DNA of 64,000 nt. It comes from Marsupella aquatica. Taxonomy: Eukaryota > Plantae > Marchantiophyta. This document shows positions 39,206 to 51,515 of this stretch, in pieces (position 1 is the first letter of the stretch; every line of letters begins with the position of its first letter). A program made the position numbers and the translations under genes. The notes below the pieces were generated by a model, which saw only the letters and a list, made by a program, of their open reading frames with translations, ran no database searches and had not been told where the DNA came from. The DNA is taken from assembly GCA_973895155.1 (NCBI GenBank), contig OZ316895.1:17154170-17218169 (forward strand), in the 5' to 3' direction.

Positions 39206-40299
39206 TGCGCGTTTGTCTTAGGCTGACAACAAACAAACATGTCCTTTCTCATTTACTTACGGAGTTCGGAAAGGAACACCGCGCCGTGAAGTTAAAAACC
39301 TGGCAGCAGCAAGTCGTCGAGCCAAGAAGGTTTCGCATATATGTACGGTATGCTCTGTTCTCTGTTCTATGGCAATTGCTGCACGAGTGATGTGTTCCAT
39401 GTGGTTCTGTTGTCTACCGCCGCTATCCGTGCATCTGTGTACACCTCCTTGTCCAATTTCCTTTATTTGGAACCTCACTGGCAACAAATTTTCTAGGTAC
39501 TCCGAAAGATGGATGAAGTAGCTGAAATGGTCCGCAAATAGCACTTCTCTTATTATCGTACTCCTCACCCATATGGTACATGTAGGACAGTAGTGTTAGA
39601 AACGGTGGTGTGGAAAAAATCTAGAGGGCTTACAGGATTGCTTGATCTCGTCAAACCTTGGATGGGAGGCGCTTTGCTATGGGGTGTACTCTAGTAGCTA
39701 TCCTGGCTATCGGACTTCGTCAACATGTGCACTCTTTGCTCCTGGTTTCTAGTGAGTGAGAGGAGTTTAGTGACTCTAAGTCCTGTGACAGGACGTCTGG
39801 CTTTACTTTTGTGAGAGCAAGGGAAGAGAGACGTTTACAAGTTGAAGCATTACCTGCGGTGGTTTTCGAGCAGGAGGATTAGCTTGACAATTTTTTTGAC
39901 GTTTTTGTGTCGAATGAGAAACTTCTTCAGATACATTGTTAGGTACATTGTTGTACTTTGATTGATTGATCCTTCCTGGATGGACTAAATTCTAATGTTT
40001 GAACGGCCTTCACACTATCTTAGACTCATTGGTCTTGGATCGAATTAGGTGGATGTCCGAGCGTTCAATTTTTTTTTTCCAATTCGTTGCTTACTTCGGA
40101 GATCTTCTCTCCGTGTAATAGGTTGTCATCCTGGTTAGCTGTGGACTGCAGCAAGCAGTGTGAGGGTACAGGATCATTTATCTCAATGGTAATCACCACT
40201 TTGAACCATTTCTGACGAACTATAAGCTGACCAGACGGAGCCTTCTTTTGTGTGATAATTTAATGCTGTGTATTTGTGAATTACTCAGGGTCTACGGCC

Positions 40300-41076
40300 A
40301 TGGACGAAGATCAATCACGTTCTCCCTCTCCAGTTGAAATGGAACCAGTAGAAGACAAGAAGAGCGGAGACAAAGAGGTAGCTGCTGGGAAGCTAGTCAA
40401 GCTTCGAGCATTCAATCTGTTTGCTGCGAAGATAAGGGATACCATCAAGGATGAGAATCCAGTCGCCAGTGGGCATGAAATCAAACGAATTGTTGGTCAG
40501 AAGTGGGCACAACTGGGAGTCGTGGACAAACAAGAATTTATTGACGTCGCGCAGAACGAGAATGATTTGATTGAGAAGTTACCTGTAGACCCCAATGCAC
40601 CAAAGCGAAGAAGACGGAGGAGAACGAAGGCAGAGATTGAGATGGACGACAGTATGAGGAAACGGAGAGGGAGACCTCGAAAGGCTGGTGATGGTACTAA
40701 CGGCGAAGAGAGCAATGGTTTAATCCCAGAAGCTGAGGGGGAGCCAAAGCGGAAGAGAATGCGTCAGCATGGTGGATCAGCGGGGAAAGATGTTGATCCT
40801 GCTTATATTGGAAAACATGTTAGTGGAATGGGGGACGGTTCGTTTGACGTTGGATATCTAGTTACTATTAGAGAAGGAGACACAGATATGATATTTCGAG
40901 GGGTAATCTTTGACCCTTACATTTCTATGCCAACGCACAACGCCCATGACGCAGTTCCAGGTGTAAAATTAGCGAGGAGGAATGCGGGCGTTGTATATCC
41001 TTCCACAGGACCTGCCTCGACTTCTAAACAGATTCTTGGTGGTTCTGGTTCTGGGACATTGTCTTTAGTCAAATGA
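40300..41076 (+). CDS. HMG-box + AT-hook + MNM1-like domain protein, ~258 aa
   Basis: ATG at 40300, just after a CAG acceptor at 40286-40288. HMG box: LRAFNLFAAKIRDTIKDENP...EIKRIVGQKWAQL...KQEF. AT-hook: RKRRGRPRK. The block IGKHVSGMGDGSFDVGYLVTIREGDTDMIFRGVIFDP is homologous to the 20110-20841 gene. Confidence 0.85.
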   Translation: MDEDQSRSPSPVEMEPVEDKKSGDKEVAAGKLVKLRAFNLFAAKIRDTIKDENPVASGHEIKRIVGQKWAQLGVVDKQEFIDVAQNENDLIEKLPVDPNAPKRRRRRRTKAEIEMDDSMRKRRGRPRKAGDGTNGEESNGLIPEAEGEPKRKRMRQHGGSAGKDVDPAYIGKHVSGMGDGSFDVGYLVTIREGDTDMIFRGVIFDPYISMPTHNAHDAVPGVKLARRNAGVVYPSTGPASTSKQILGGSGSGTLSLVK

Positions 41077-42604
41077 TTCCACATGTAGTCCACGGTTTGA
41101 ATGATTTCTCTTCAACTTTCCCTCTATGGCCTTTCTGACGTGATCTGTCCAGCCTTCTTCTGCACAGGGTTTCAGCTCTCAATTTTGTTTTTTCCACGGC
41201 CCCTTTGTGCAGCAACAGTCGGGTTTGTTCTAAAATATTCCTTTCATCGCCTCATCAGCATGGCTTTTACGTCCATAATTCAATCTCATCTGTAGTTGCT
41301 TTCTGGTCCATCTCCAAGTGGTCATGGTAAGCTTTTTGTACAGTACTGTTCGGAATTTCAATTTTGCATGAGATGTTGATTTCGTAAGAGAGACACTCTC
41401 TCGAACGAGTAGAGGAGGTTTTCTTGCAGGTGCAGGATACTCGTACGGGCTGGTGACATGTTTTAGTTGTCGCCATGACTTTTCGGACGTCGTGGCAATT
41501 CAGTAATATGGAAGTTTCGTTTATCGTTTTTGCTTTCATTCGGTGTACTGGTATGCAACATCCACAACTCCCTTGACCTACGTCCTCCATAGGGGCACCA
41601 TGCTGACCATGCGTGTAGCTGTTTTTATTTCTTGTCATTCATTCAGTAATCCAAACTTCTCGAGTTGCGTTTCTCAGTTGAGACTTGGACTGATAGTGCA
41701 TCAAGTAAGAGCAGGTGAGTTTTTTGTGGTTTGCGCTGATCTGGAGTGGATAAGTGGGAGCTCCTTAGTATTCGTCAACGCTACGACCGCGATTTGTGTT
41801 TGAGGCCGATTCCATGTTACATACATGGTCAGAGTTTACCCTCCTGGGAGTCAGAAAAAACAGTGAGGAGTAGAATTCAGTATTTTGGGGATTGGAAGCC
41901 CTGATAGTTTACGACAAGGACTCTGTTAGACGCTGTTATTGACAGCTGGTAATAGCTGGAATTCTGCGGTAGTAATTGTAATGTGAGTTTATTCCTCTAA
42001 AACTTCCGCTTCCTTTTGTGCTGGCTCTTGTGGAAGCTGGTCCGTAAGCTTTGGAATGGTCTACTACGTCCGAGTTTGAGACTGTTGTCAAGATATGTCG
42101 GAAGCCTAGAGGTGAGAATCTGGACGACCTGGTCAAAACTACGAAGTCCTTTCTAGAGAGTGGTTTTAAGGTGAATTTGGTTCTGATGACCGAGCAGCAT
42201 TTTGTAGATGGATCCCTTGACACGGTTTCAAAGCAAGGATGATGGTGACTACATCCACGGCCTCTGCAAATCTCAATTTATTGAATATCAGGGTGAAAGG
42301 CCTCCCTTTCACATATACAGTTTTGATGACACGCTAATAGGCACTGATAGGACAAACAAGAACTCATTTTCTTATCAATACTGCAAGCCAAGCGAAGAAG
42401 CACACCCGACTGTGTATGGAAACCCTGTCTAATTATTAAACCACCAGTGGCCATATATGATGGAAGTGTCCTAGACTTCCCTCTTTGTCCTAGTCTCACT
42501 CACTTTCTTCCCCTTCCACAATTTCAGGAGAAATATACTTCTGATGGGTGGAACTTGGTAGACCCGGGTCAGATGATGGAGAGCAGCCCATAATACGTGG
42601 TGAG

Positions 42605-42960
42605 TGTGCGCAAGAGTCCATTATAGGGAATGAGAGCACAGAACAAATTAGGTTTCACTTGATGAAGTCCACAAGACATGATGAGCTTGCACAGGAGTCC
42701 ATTACAGGAAATGAGCACAAGGAACAAACTAGGATCTATGAAGATTTTTCAAGTAAAAGAGAGCCATGGAGAGAATTGAACATGTCAAGAATCCATGGGT
42801 TGTCCTAACAATTATGCGTGGTTTCAAGGCTTCCAGCACTTTACGACACACATGAGCTGTTCCTCAAGAAGGGGTACGATCACTCTGGGCATGGTTGCAA
42901 GGCTTCCGGCAATAGGACACACATGACCTGTTCCTCAAGAAGGGGTAAGATCACTCTGGG
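42605..42960 (+). repeat. Two short local duplications (~50 bp and ~70 bp)
   Basis: gagtccatta.agg.aatgag twice; caaggcttcc...gacacacatga.ctgttcctcaagaaggggta.gatcactctggg twice. Confidence 0.8.
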
Positions 42961-43894
42961 TGCAGGATCTCTAAATGTCATGTGTCTTTGGAAGTTGGAC
43001 ACTACTGACAGTCTAGATCTCTAAGCACATCCAAAAGAAAAGAAAAGTGAAGATGTTCTGATGCACTGGGCTACGTGTGAGTGACCTGTAGAGGGAAGCA
43101 ACTGGTAGAGGGAATGGGTGAACATGAGGAAAACCAAAGCATGAACCCTCTCATGAGTGTGTCTTTCTCCGGTGCCAAGTGGGTGGATTTGAGGAAATGT
43201 TCACCTAAAGGATGGAATCAAGCATTGTCCAATGGCAAGTTTCTACTGATCTCTGAGCTTATGGTTTCTATTAGGGTGCCTCAGATTTCAGTGGCTGGCT
43301 GAGTGACGAATTCAGGGTTGAATCCCATAACTCTAGTTGCCAGACCGAGTTAAGGATATAAAAAATCAAGGGTAGCATTGACCTGCCCCATGAGGCAGGG
43401 GTTACAGCCTAACCTTGTCTCAATCATGTGAACTGTGATCGTAAGGTTATTGGTTAAAGGTTGAGCCCGCAGGCCTTCCTTTTGGAGCCAGATAGGCCCC
43501 CAAAACTTTTGTGGGAGGTCACATCAGTCTTGAGTTATGGGAAGACTTTACATTGGTATTAATGCTGAGTTCTGAGGCAGTCAACCAGCCCAAGCATGAA
43601 GTTGCGAATCCCGGGTTGCTCACCTATGATGGTATTCAAATTGTGCTGCATGATGCTGGTACTTCTTGTGCATGAGCTGCTGCTTTGATTCCACCAACTT
43701 CTTACACTCCAAGATTAATTACGTCCAAAAGTGGAGGCAAAGGCTTGGGCTCTATTGTGAATTGAGGTTGGTGGGAGCTATTGTAGGACTGGTGACAGTC
43801 CGGCAGTATAGGTTTTTGGAACTTTTGGAAACTGGCCCAACAAGAAAATGAAGTTGTTCTTATAGACACTCTTGATCATCCACTGGGTCTTCCT

Positions 43895-44155
43895 GGGTCC
43901 TCTCTTATGTTCTTTTCACCCATCACACACAAATAAGTCTATAGGTTTGTAATGGGTTTAGTGTAAAACTTACAAATTTTTGTGGAAGAACTTATGTCTT
44001 TTATTCAACATTTATAAGAAAAAACAGGGTTTACAGAATTGTTTCTGGAATATTCCAAAAAGGTTGACATGCTAAGATTTTCCTTGATATTTAGGGTGTT
44101 TATATATTATCCAAAACATTGCGCGTGATATGAGGATTGCCTTAGAGGAGGCCCC
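43895..44155 (+). mobile_element. MITE family A, copy 2
   Basis: gggtcctc...cccatcac...gcgcgtgatatgag...gaggcccc. Confidence 0.6.
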
Positions 44156-44823
44156 TGAACTTAGTCCCCCTCCCCATGGGGTTCGCAAAAAGAAAACTTC
44201 TTCAAAACTCCCGATTATCCATGGTAGTTAGTTTGGTGATTACGAACTGTCTAGTTAATGCGAATAATTCAAATTCTTGAATTTAAATGATGTTTTTGTT
44301 TCAGACTTCATCTCATGTTCCATCAATTGATTTTACATCAACAATAACTTCTCGACTCTTCAGCTTGTTAGAATGGAGGGAAGTCCAAGTGATGTGCTGC
44401 TCACCATATTGAATACACTAATGAAACTTTGTTCTCAGTTTGAGACTTTAGGTTGTAATATATCCAGGAGTACCTTAGAACTTTAGTAATCCAAGTGGGA
44501 TGAACTAGCAGGCAACTGGTTTCCACCACTTGTTTCTAGCTTCTAGAGAGGCTTCAAGAAATAAAATAATGCATTTGGGCTAGAATCTCCCTCAAGGAGT
44601 TGACTTTGTGTATTTCTCCAACAGCATCTGCGATTCTGATCTAATTTAAATACCTCTATTTTCAGAAGAATATTCTAGCCAAAAATATTCATACTTTGAA
44701 TGTTAAATGACCTAATTTTTTTATAAAAAACTACAAAATAAAGAACATTTTTAATGTTTGTGTTGTAAAGTAACACTCTTATTTGTACCTAAGCTTTATA
44801 GAACTTTGGTTAGAATAGTATGC

Positions 44824-47800
44824 AATTAGTTCGTGGACCCCCTTTTACATTTTTTAGGCCTTGTTTGAGTAAAAAGAATGTATGTGATATTAGCTTTAAC
44901 TCAAGTTGTGAGAGGCTACTATGGTCCAAATTTCTTTTGTATCATATATTATTATGATGAGATAGTTTGACAAATTTTAATGAAAGTATAGGAGAAATTA
45001 CCTCATACAAATGTGATTTTGCAATCTTCTTCATAATGACCAGAAAAATAAGGGCGTTTAGCTTGAGTTTTGAGAGGCTAATATGGTCCATAATGCTCTG
45101 CTAGCACACATTAAAACACTTAAGATCTATGAGACTTTTTCACTAATTTTAGAACATGAATTAATAAATAGTCGCGGAACTCGACTACCTTAACACTTAG
45201 CTCCGGCGTCGCTGACTCCGACGCCGAGCTCCCTTATGGTCCAGGCCCGGATAGGCCATCCGGGGAGGACTTAGCATGGCCCCTTGCCTCGCCAGTGCCA
45301 CATCCGGGCCATGCTAAGTCCTCCCTTATGGTCCAGGCCTGGATAAGCAATGAGATGTGGCACTGGCGAGGCAAGGGGCCAAGCTGGGGACACAAACTAA
45401 GGAATTGGACTAGCCTATGGCTGGTCGGGTCAAGGGGAAATGGGCCGGGCTCATGGAGGGCCATCCGGACCGTCGGATGGGCTTTGAGTTCTGAGGGCTT
45501 GGAAGTGAGCTCTTCTTGGGCCCAAGGCCAATGGAGTTGACGCCATTGGCAACGGACGCTTGGGGCGCAAGTTGTGGCCCGAGCCAGGTTGGGCTGATAG
45601 GGGGCCCCGAGCGGCGATCAGACCTGAGGGCCTAGGCATGAGCACTGGGTCGGCCCGGTCACAACGGGCTAAGGCACTCCGCTTGCAGATGCCTATCAAG
45701 AAAGTTATGGGCGTTGCCAGTTGGTGGCGCTCCCATTATGCGCGATGGGATCCAGGTTGGGGGCCAAATGTTTAGGGACCAAAACTGGTCTGGGGTGGCA
45801 GGTCTCCAGAAGCATATATGAGGGGAGTGGTGTCTCCCTGAGGGCTAAGGGTGAGCCGAAGTCGTGAGCCGCGGCGGTCGCGACTCTAAGGGAAACCGCC
45901 AAACGGAAACGGCGATATCTTCCCAACGGGAAGTCCGTTGGAGGACTTCTTAGGTGCGTTGGAAAGCTCTTGAGGAGGTCTTCGCCCTTCTGAGCTCAGC
46001 TGGGTCTTGGGGTGCCATGGGTTCTCGTGGTTTGCGGGTGTTAGCTCGCCCGTTTACCAAATCCTGCCGAACAGCAGCCAAGCCGCGTTCAGCCTCCCAT
46101 GGGAGCTTGCGTTGGGGAGGCAAGGCCAAGTAGGTATGGAGGCTGAGTCCCAAGGGCGCTCGGTCCCTACACCATCAGTGGGGCAAATCGGGAGTCGGTG
46201 TTAGAGTCGGGGCCGTTCTGGTCCTGGCGTGTTGAGACAAGCCTGGGACAAGCTTTAGGACAAGCTACGCTATTTGGGCCATGAGCAGGTCCTGAGGTCA
46301 GGGCGGTCAGTTGGTGATGGATAGGTACGAGGGGGAACCCGGGCCGCGCCCAAGGAAGGAGCTGTCCTGGACGGACAGTGGGCGTGGGTTTTGGTTCCGG
46401 CTTATGTCATCGGGAGGACCTATTGCTGACCTATTTACCAACGTCTGTTGAGCTTGAGTTAGGATGCTAAACTTGGCGAGTTCTAGATCCTGAAGGGTTA
46501 CTTACCGAGGTACGTGGTGGCTTGTGCAGACAGTGAGGACCGTTGAGTAGCGGTCGTGTAGGAGAGCAAGTGCGGCTTCGTATGGGAGGGGCCGCTGGAG
46601 GTGCAAGGGGCACTAGGGTGCTTGCTCGAGGTATTCCGTGGAGGCGTTCGGGCACCAGGGGCACTTAGGCGTGAGTACTGGGATTGGTGAGGGCGCTGGG
46701 TGGCTAGGTCCACCACTTAAACCCAAGGCACAGTTTTGTTTAGGTTAGTTGATTTGGGCATTGGATGACACTATATTTGACCATTAAATTGCCCTGGGCA
46801 CTCAATTTGAGTTGAGAAGGCTATTTTCTCCAGATCAATTGAGAAATTTGCTTTTCTCAACAAAACCCTAAGCTTTCTAGTAGCTGAGTCCTCTTTGTAG
46901 AATATTTGTCACCCAATTTGTCAATGTACATTCAAATAATTGGAAAGTCTGGAGATTTCACTGAAATCTGACTTGACTTTGGCAAGTTTTGAATTAGAGG
47001 TTGATAGCCTCATGACCTTGACGCATCTATTCACCAAATGGAGAAAGGTAGCGCTTAAGCTTTCAAAAGAGAGAAGTCTGATTAGGAAGAGAAGATGGTA
47101 GTCATGTTGTGTTTGACAAATATGATAGATTTTAAAGCTTGCATTGTTTAGATTAGGTTTTCTCACAAAATCATTGTGGACCCATTCAGCCATGGCCTGA
47201 GAAGTTTGACATTTTTTCAACTTGACATTTTTTCAACTGCTACAGGAATATTTTGCTTTGCAAGCCAAAGTCAACAGCATGGTTATCACAAGTAGTTGTC
47301 AAAATAAGGCCTTTTTGCTACATGCAACCAAATTCTCAAACTACGAGAGTCAATAGTCAATCCGTGGTAAGCCCATTTGAAACCAGATCAATGTTTGATC
47401 AAATGAATTGTATCAATTCATTGAGTTCAAGTTCCGACCATAGCTGGCAGTTTGCATCAATTGCAAAATGCTAGAAACCTTACTCCATGTGCCAATTACC
47501 CTTTAACAAGCCCAGAGAGGCATGACTTTGTGGTAGCTCATTTAAGTAGTGACTAATAGATCTTGAGTTCAACTATTGTGATTGACTTTTCCCTTTATGT
47601 GGGGTTTCACAGATTTCCCCGTTAATTACCCTTTAACAAGGAAGTTATAAGTTAGTCATTAATCATTGCTTATTATATGAAATATTTTTTAAACTTTTAA
47701 TTTAATTACGTTTAAAAATTAGATACGTATCTAAAACGGTTACATAGTGACAGTTTTACCCGTCTTGCTCTTTGCATTTCTAAATGTTTACATTTCTTTT

Positions 47801-47954
47801 TATGGCATGGCGTCCCAAAAGTTACACCCAAATTGATACAAACACGAATTAAAACTGTAAGTTTGATTCACAAAACTGATAAGTCTTGTTTGTTGGTGAT
47901 GTGGCATGCTCCGGTGCCAGGAAGTTTGGAAGGGACATCTCATGGGGTCCGCAA
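44824..47954 (-). mobile_element. Asymmetric-terminus element, copy C (enlarged by a nested GC-rich insert)
   Basis: AATTAGTTCGTGGACCCCC at 44824 and GGGGTCCGCAA at 47944-47954. 47625-47954 is clearly homologous to 56105-56440. Confidence 0.5.
45170..46770. mobile_element. GC-rich ~1.6-kb insertion, possible solo LTR of a gypsy-like element
   Basis: Abrupt GC increase with ends (a)gtcgcgg...gatgaca. It has an internal duplication (ctcccttatggtccaggcc.ggata twice), no credible ORF and no clear TSD. Confidence 0.4.
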
Positions 47955-48774
47955 ATACTTAATTTGGATTGCATTCTGGTTGTGGAAAATAAGAAAATAG
48001 TAAATATTAAGTGGAAAGATAATAAGACAAATGATTTCTCATCGTATTTCTAATTGCCTTGGTCAATTTTGAACATATGGGGGAAATAAGATACTTTGGA
48101 TATGATGTAATACTCAGTTTTCTAAACAAGCCTGAGTTGTAGCCAAAGGCCAACCCTGCAATTTGAATATGATATGAGATACTTGGATCCAGCCTGGTAT
48201 CCTGCAAAAGTTGCAAAGCCTTTGAGACAAAAAAGAGTTATAGCACCTGAACTACACAGCAAAAGTTTGCAGAGACTTCCAGACAAAACAAGTGTATAGA
48301 ACACCTCAACCACCCTGACAAAAATATTGTAAGATAGATCTGTTATTAGACAACGTGTAGTGCACACTTCCATGTGACTCTCCAAGCCTGCATGCAATCC
48401 ATTGGTGGAGAATACATTCTTTATCTAAATGTCACATGTGAAGGTTAAGGTGTGCAGGTGGGGGATGCTCTTGGTGACAATTCAATGGAGTCCTTCCACG
48501 GCTTTCCATATAGCCGAATATGTGAAATTGCTGGGTAATTGGAGAGGTGGGCGCAGATGATGTGCAGTAGTGGTACAATAACTGTCAATGTAGTGGTTTA
48601 GTGGACCGATACTAGAATGATGATGAAATACTTGGCACTACGAAAATGAACTTAAGTGGTTCTGGAAATTTCACGTTGTGGAGTTTTCATCATGATCACC
48701 AAACTCTGGAAAACGTCCATAGCTACTTGAATATCAGCTCGTAAAGAAAATCTAGAGGAGAGTGGCTGTCTTTG

Positions 48775-49190
48775 GTCAAGCTGTTAAATCATCGCAGAGA
48801 GCCTCGATCCTTTAATTAATGAACGTGCTGTCCTGTCGTTGCGATGAAGATTCAATGTATTACACTTTGGGCTTACTCCACGGGAGATAGAAGAAGCCCA
48901 TGACCAGACCAACAGTTTCTCTAACCCGTTCTCTAACAGCCATCCAGACGCTCTTGTCGGCTTTTACTATGATCCGGTCAGAAATACTGCTGATTCTTGG
49001 GAGATCGATTTCTTCCTTGCGTGGTGGCAGCAACTTTAATGTAATTGTAGTGACAGCCAGCGTTGTCAGTGTGCCCGACGCTGGAGGCTTTCCGCTTCCT
49101 GGCCGGCTGGGTAGCTCTGGACTGTAGTCGTTGTCTCGAGGGAGTTTTCTGTCATACTTGTCCATGAGAGATAGACTGATTAGGTTCTGA
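48775..49190 (-). pseudogene. Internally deleted duplicate of the 2OG dioxygenase gene
   Basis: Three collinear segments match 53730-54080 (3' end/UTR), 54430-54480 (around the HTD motif) and ~55255-55295 (5' leader). Confidence 0.85.
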
Positions 49191-50455
49191 CAAAAATATG
49201 AGGAGTGACCGATTTTTAAGGCAAGAATGCTGCGAACAGTCTAATTTATTCATCAATGTACTGTAGATAGTAATCTAATTCTTTGGAATCGCTACCGCAA
49301 AAGCATGCAATGAGATGCCCTTTGACATACTGGGAATAAACTGATTGACAAAACCCACAGTTAAGGGGCAAAATCCATCGACAGGTGCCACAGTTTGGGT
49401 TCGTCGGAAATTTTTCATGGATAGATCATAGATGGGAATAAATACATCGACAAATTAATGCCACAGCTTTGAGTTTGGCGTTACACCTGCAGCCTTCAGG
49501 TGGACCGTTCTGGTTAAACACATTTACTATTCTCTTGGGTGTCGCTCTTAGATTAGATGCCCCCAAAAACTCATTTATTATAATCCTGTGGGTCTCACTC
49601 TTAGATCCCAGCCATTACATTTTTATATGGACCAAAAAGTTATGTGTAAGAAAAACTAAAATTTAAAAAATCTTGGGTTTTCAGTTGATGGAAAATGTTT
49701 GGTTAACCCTTGCAATTATGTGGATCCATGCCCATTAGTTGATGCAACTCATGTCTACACCTTCTATGCATGATGGGCAGCACATGATAACAGGTGGCAT
49801 TGATTGACAGGATCCAATAGGCAGCATTGCAGCAATAAATGAACTTCCCGGACCCACTTGTCCAAAATTGGGTGCAGAATCAGCCTTCGGGGTGCATGAT
49901 ATTACCAAAATTTTCTACTTTAGGAACTGAGATGCTCTGTAAAAATTAGGATTCCACAAGGCTCCCATAGATTAACATCCGAGCCAGTAGCTCCGTAGAG
50001 GCAAAATTACTACTCCATGTAACAAGGGCAAAATCTCTTTGGAAAACAAGATTCTACAACAACCAATTCTCCAAGTAGTACTGCCACTTTACGAAATATC
50101 AAGGCCTTAAACTCTCAAGGTAGTGTGTCCAAAAACACCTTAGCCTTTTTGAGAATATAATTCAAATTTGTTTTTGACCTTGAGCAAACAATACTTAGAG
50201 TAAAATTTGAAGCAGGATTTGTAGGCCTCATTCTACTAAGAATTTAATTTACCAGAAAGACCCAAAAAGGTCGTTAAAGATCTAAATATTTTTAATTTTA
50301 TTTTCACGAGCTTCTTATTAAATTCTAGAAACAGGGGATGCATATATTAACTATCTCAAGGGAGAAGGTTTCCAGGAGAATGAACCAAAACTTGCAATCA
50401 ATAGTGATTTTGCCAAGGACACAGTATCATTCAGACAGAAGTGGTGATCTAGCTA

Positions 50456-51170
50456 CCATCTTCCCCCGAACACAGTGCCCGGGCGTTGCGTTTGAAAGTT
50501 GAAATTTTTTAGTCTTGGTAAGAAAAAGTAATTTTAACTTGAACACAACGTCATTTTAACACAACGCCCAGGCGTTGTGTTCGAATATGGCGTTGCGTTT
50601 GAATATGACATTGTGTTTGAATATTCAGGGTTGTGTTTCAGTTTTTCCTAATCTTGACAACATTGAGCACAAAAAGTGCAAGTTCATGAATTACAATCAA
50701 AGCATAAGCAAAGTAAACAAAAAGCTGTTGATAACCTTCACATGTTGACAACAATGCTAGGAGCAATATTTCCCACACATACCCAATTGAAATGGCACTT
50801 GACAACTCTGCAAATAGTTACATCCATGTGCAAACCCGTAGAAATCAGAAAATGCATGATTTTCTAAGTAGTTATTTTATTGTCTCACCAAATTTGGCCA
50901 GGGCTGAAATGGTCCGGAAGCATTAGCCTTTCATTCCTGCTTACACCCTAAATTCTATGCCAGGTATCATTCCTGCTTACATCCTAAATTCATCACAATG
51001 CCTAAATTTGAACACAACGTCACTATTCAAACACAACGACTCAAGGTAAAAAAATTCCAAAACATAGTGCCGAAACTCAAACACAACGCCCTGGGCGCAC
51101 TATTCGAATATAACGCACATGGCCCACTATTCAAATATATTGCCTGGATGCTGTGTTCGGGGGAAGACGG
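50456..51170. mobile_element. Tc1/mariner (pogo-like) MITE
   Basis: TA|CCATCTTCCCCCGAACACAG...CTGTGTTCGGGGGAAGACGG|TA: a ~20-bp TIR with TA TSD. Internal aacacaacg/cgttgtgtt subterminal repeats. Confidence 0.85.
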
Positions 51171-51239
51171 TAACTAGTGATATGCTAATTTTTGGATGGA
51201 AGTGATGCGAGGTCAGGCCAACAACAGGGTACTTTCTTG

Positions 51240-51515
51240 GCGGCCTCACTCCAAGGGGGTCTCATATCATTCGCAAAGTTTTGGAGGAATAAATAACCTT
51301 AAACCTAAATAAGTAAATAAGGTGTTTTGTTTACCCTTAATGTTCTAGAATATTCTTGGAATATTCTCATATTTGGTTTAAAAAACACTATGGATTAATT
51401 ATAATTATTACCCTAGTGTTCTTCCACAAAAAATTAAAATCTTTTACTAAAACCAATAAAAAACCCCATACTTATTCGCGCGTGATGGACTGGAAGTAAA
51501 GAAAACCAGGACCCC
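51240..51515 (-). mobile_element. MITE family A, copy 3 (reverse)
   Basis: ggcctcactccaagggggtctcatatca...aaaaccccatacttattcgcg...ggacccc is the reverse complement of copy 1. Confidence 0.7.

Noticed and set aside
47525-47585. tRNA or tRNA-derived SINE (ggtagctca...gagttcaact)
   Set aside because: The A/B boxes are weak and no cloverleaf could be built.
49700-49820. Tc1/mariner transposase C-terminal remnant on the minus strand
   Set aside because: Only a few residues of resemblance, across a frameshift; not supportable.
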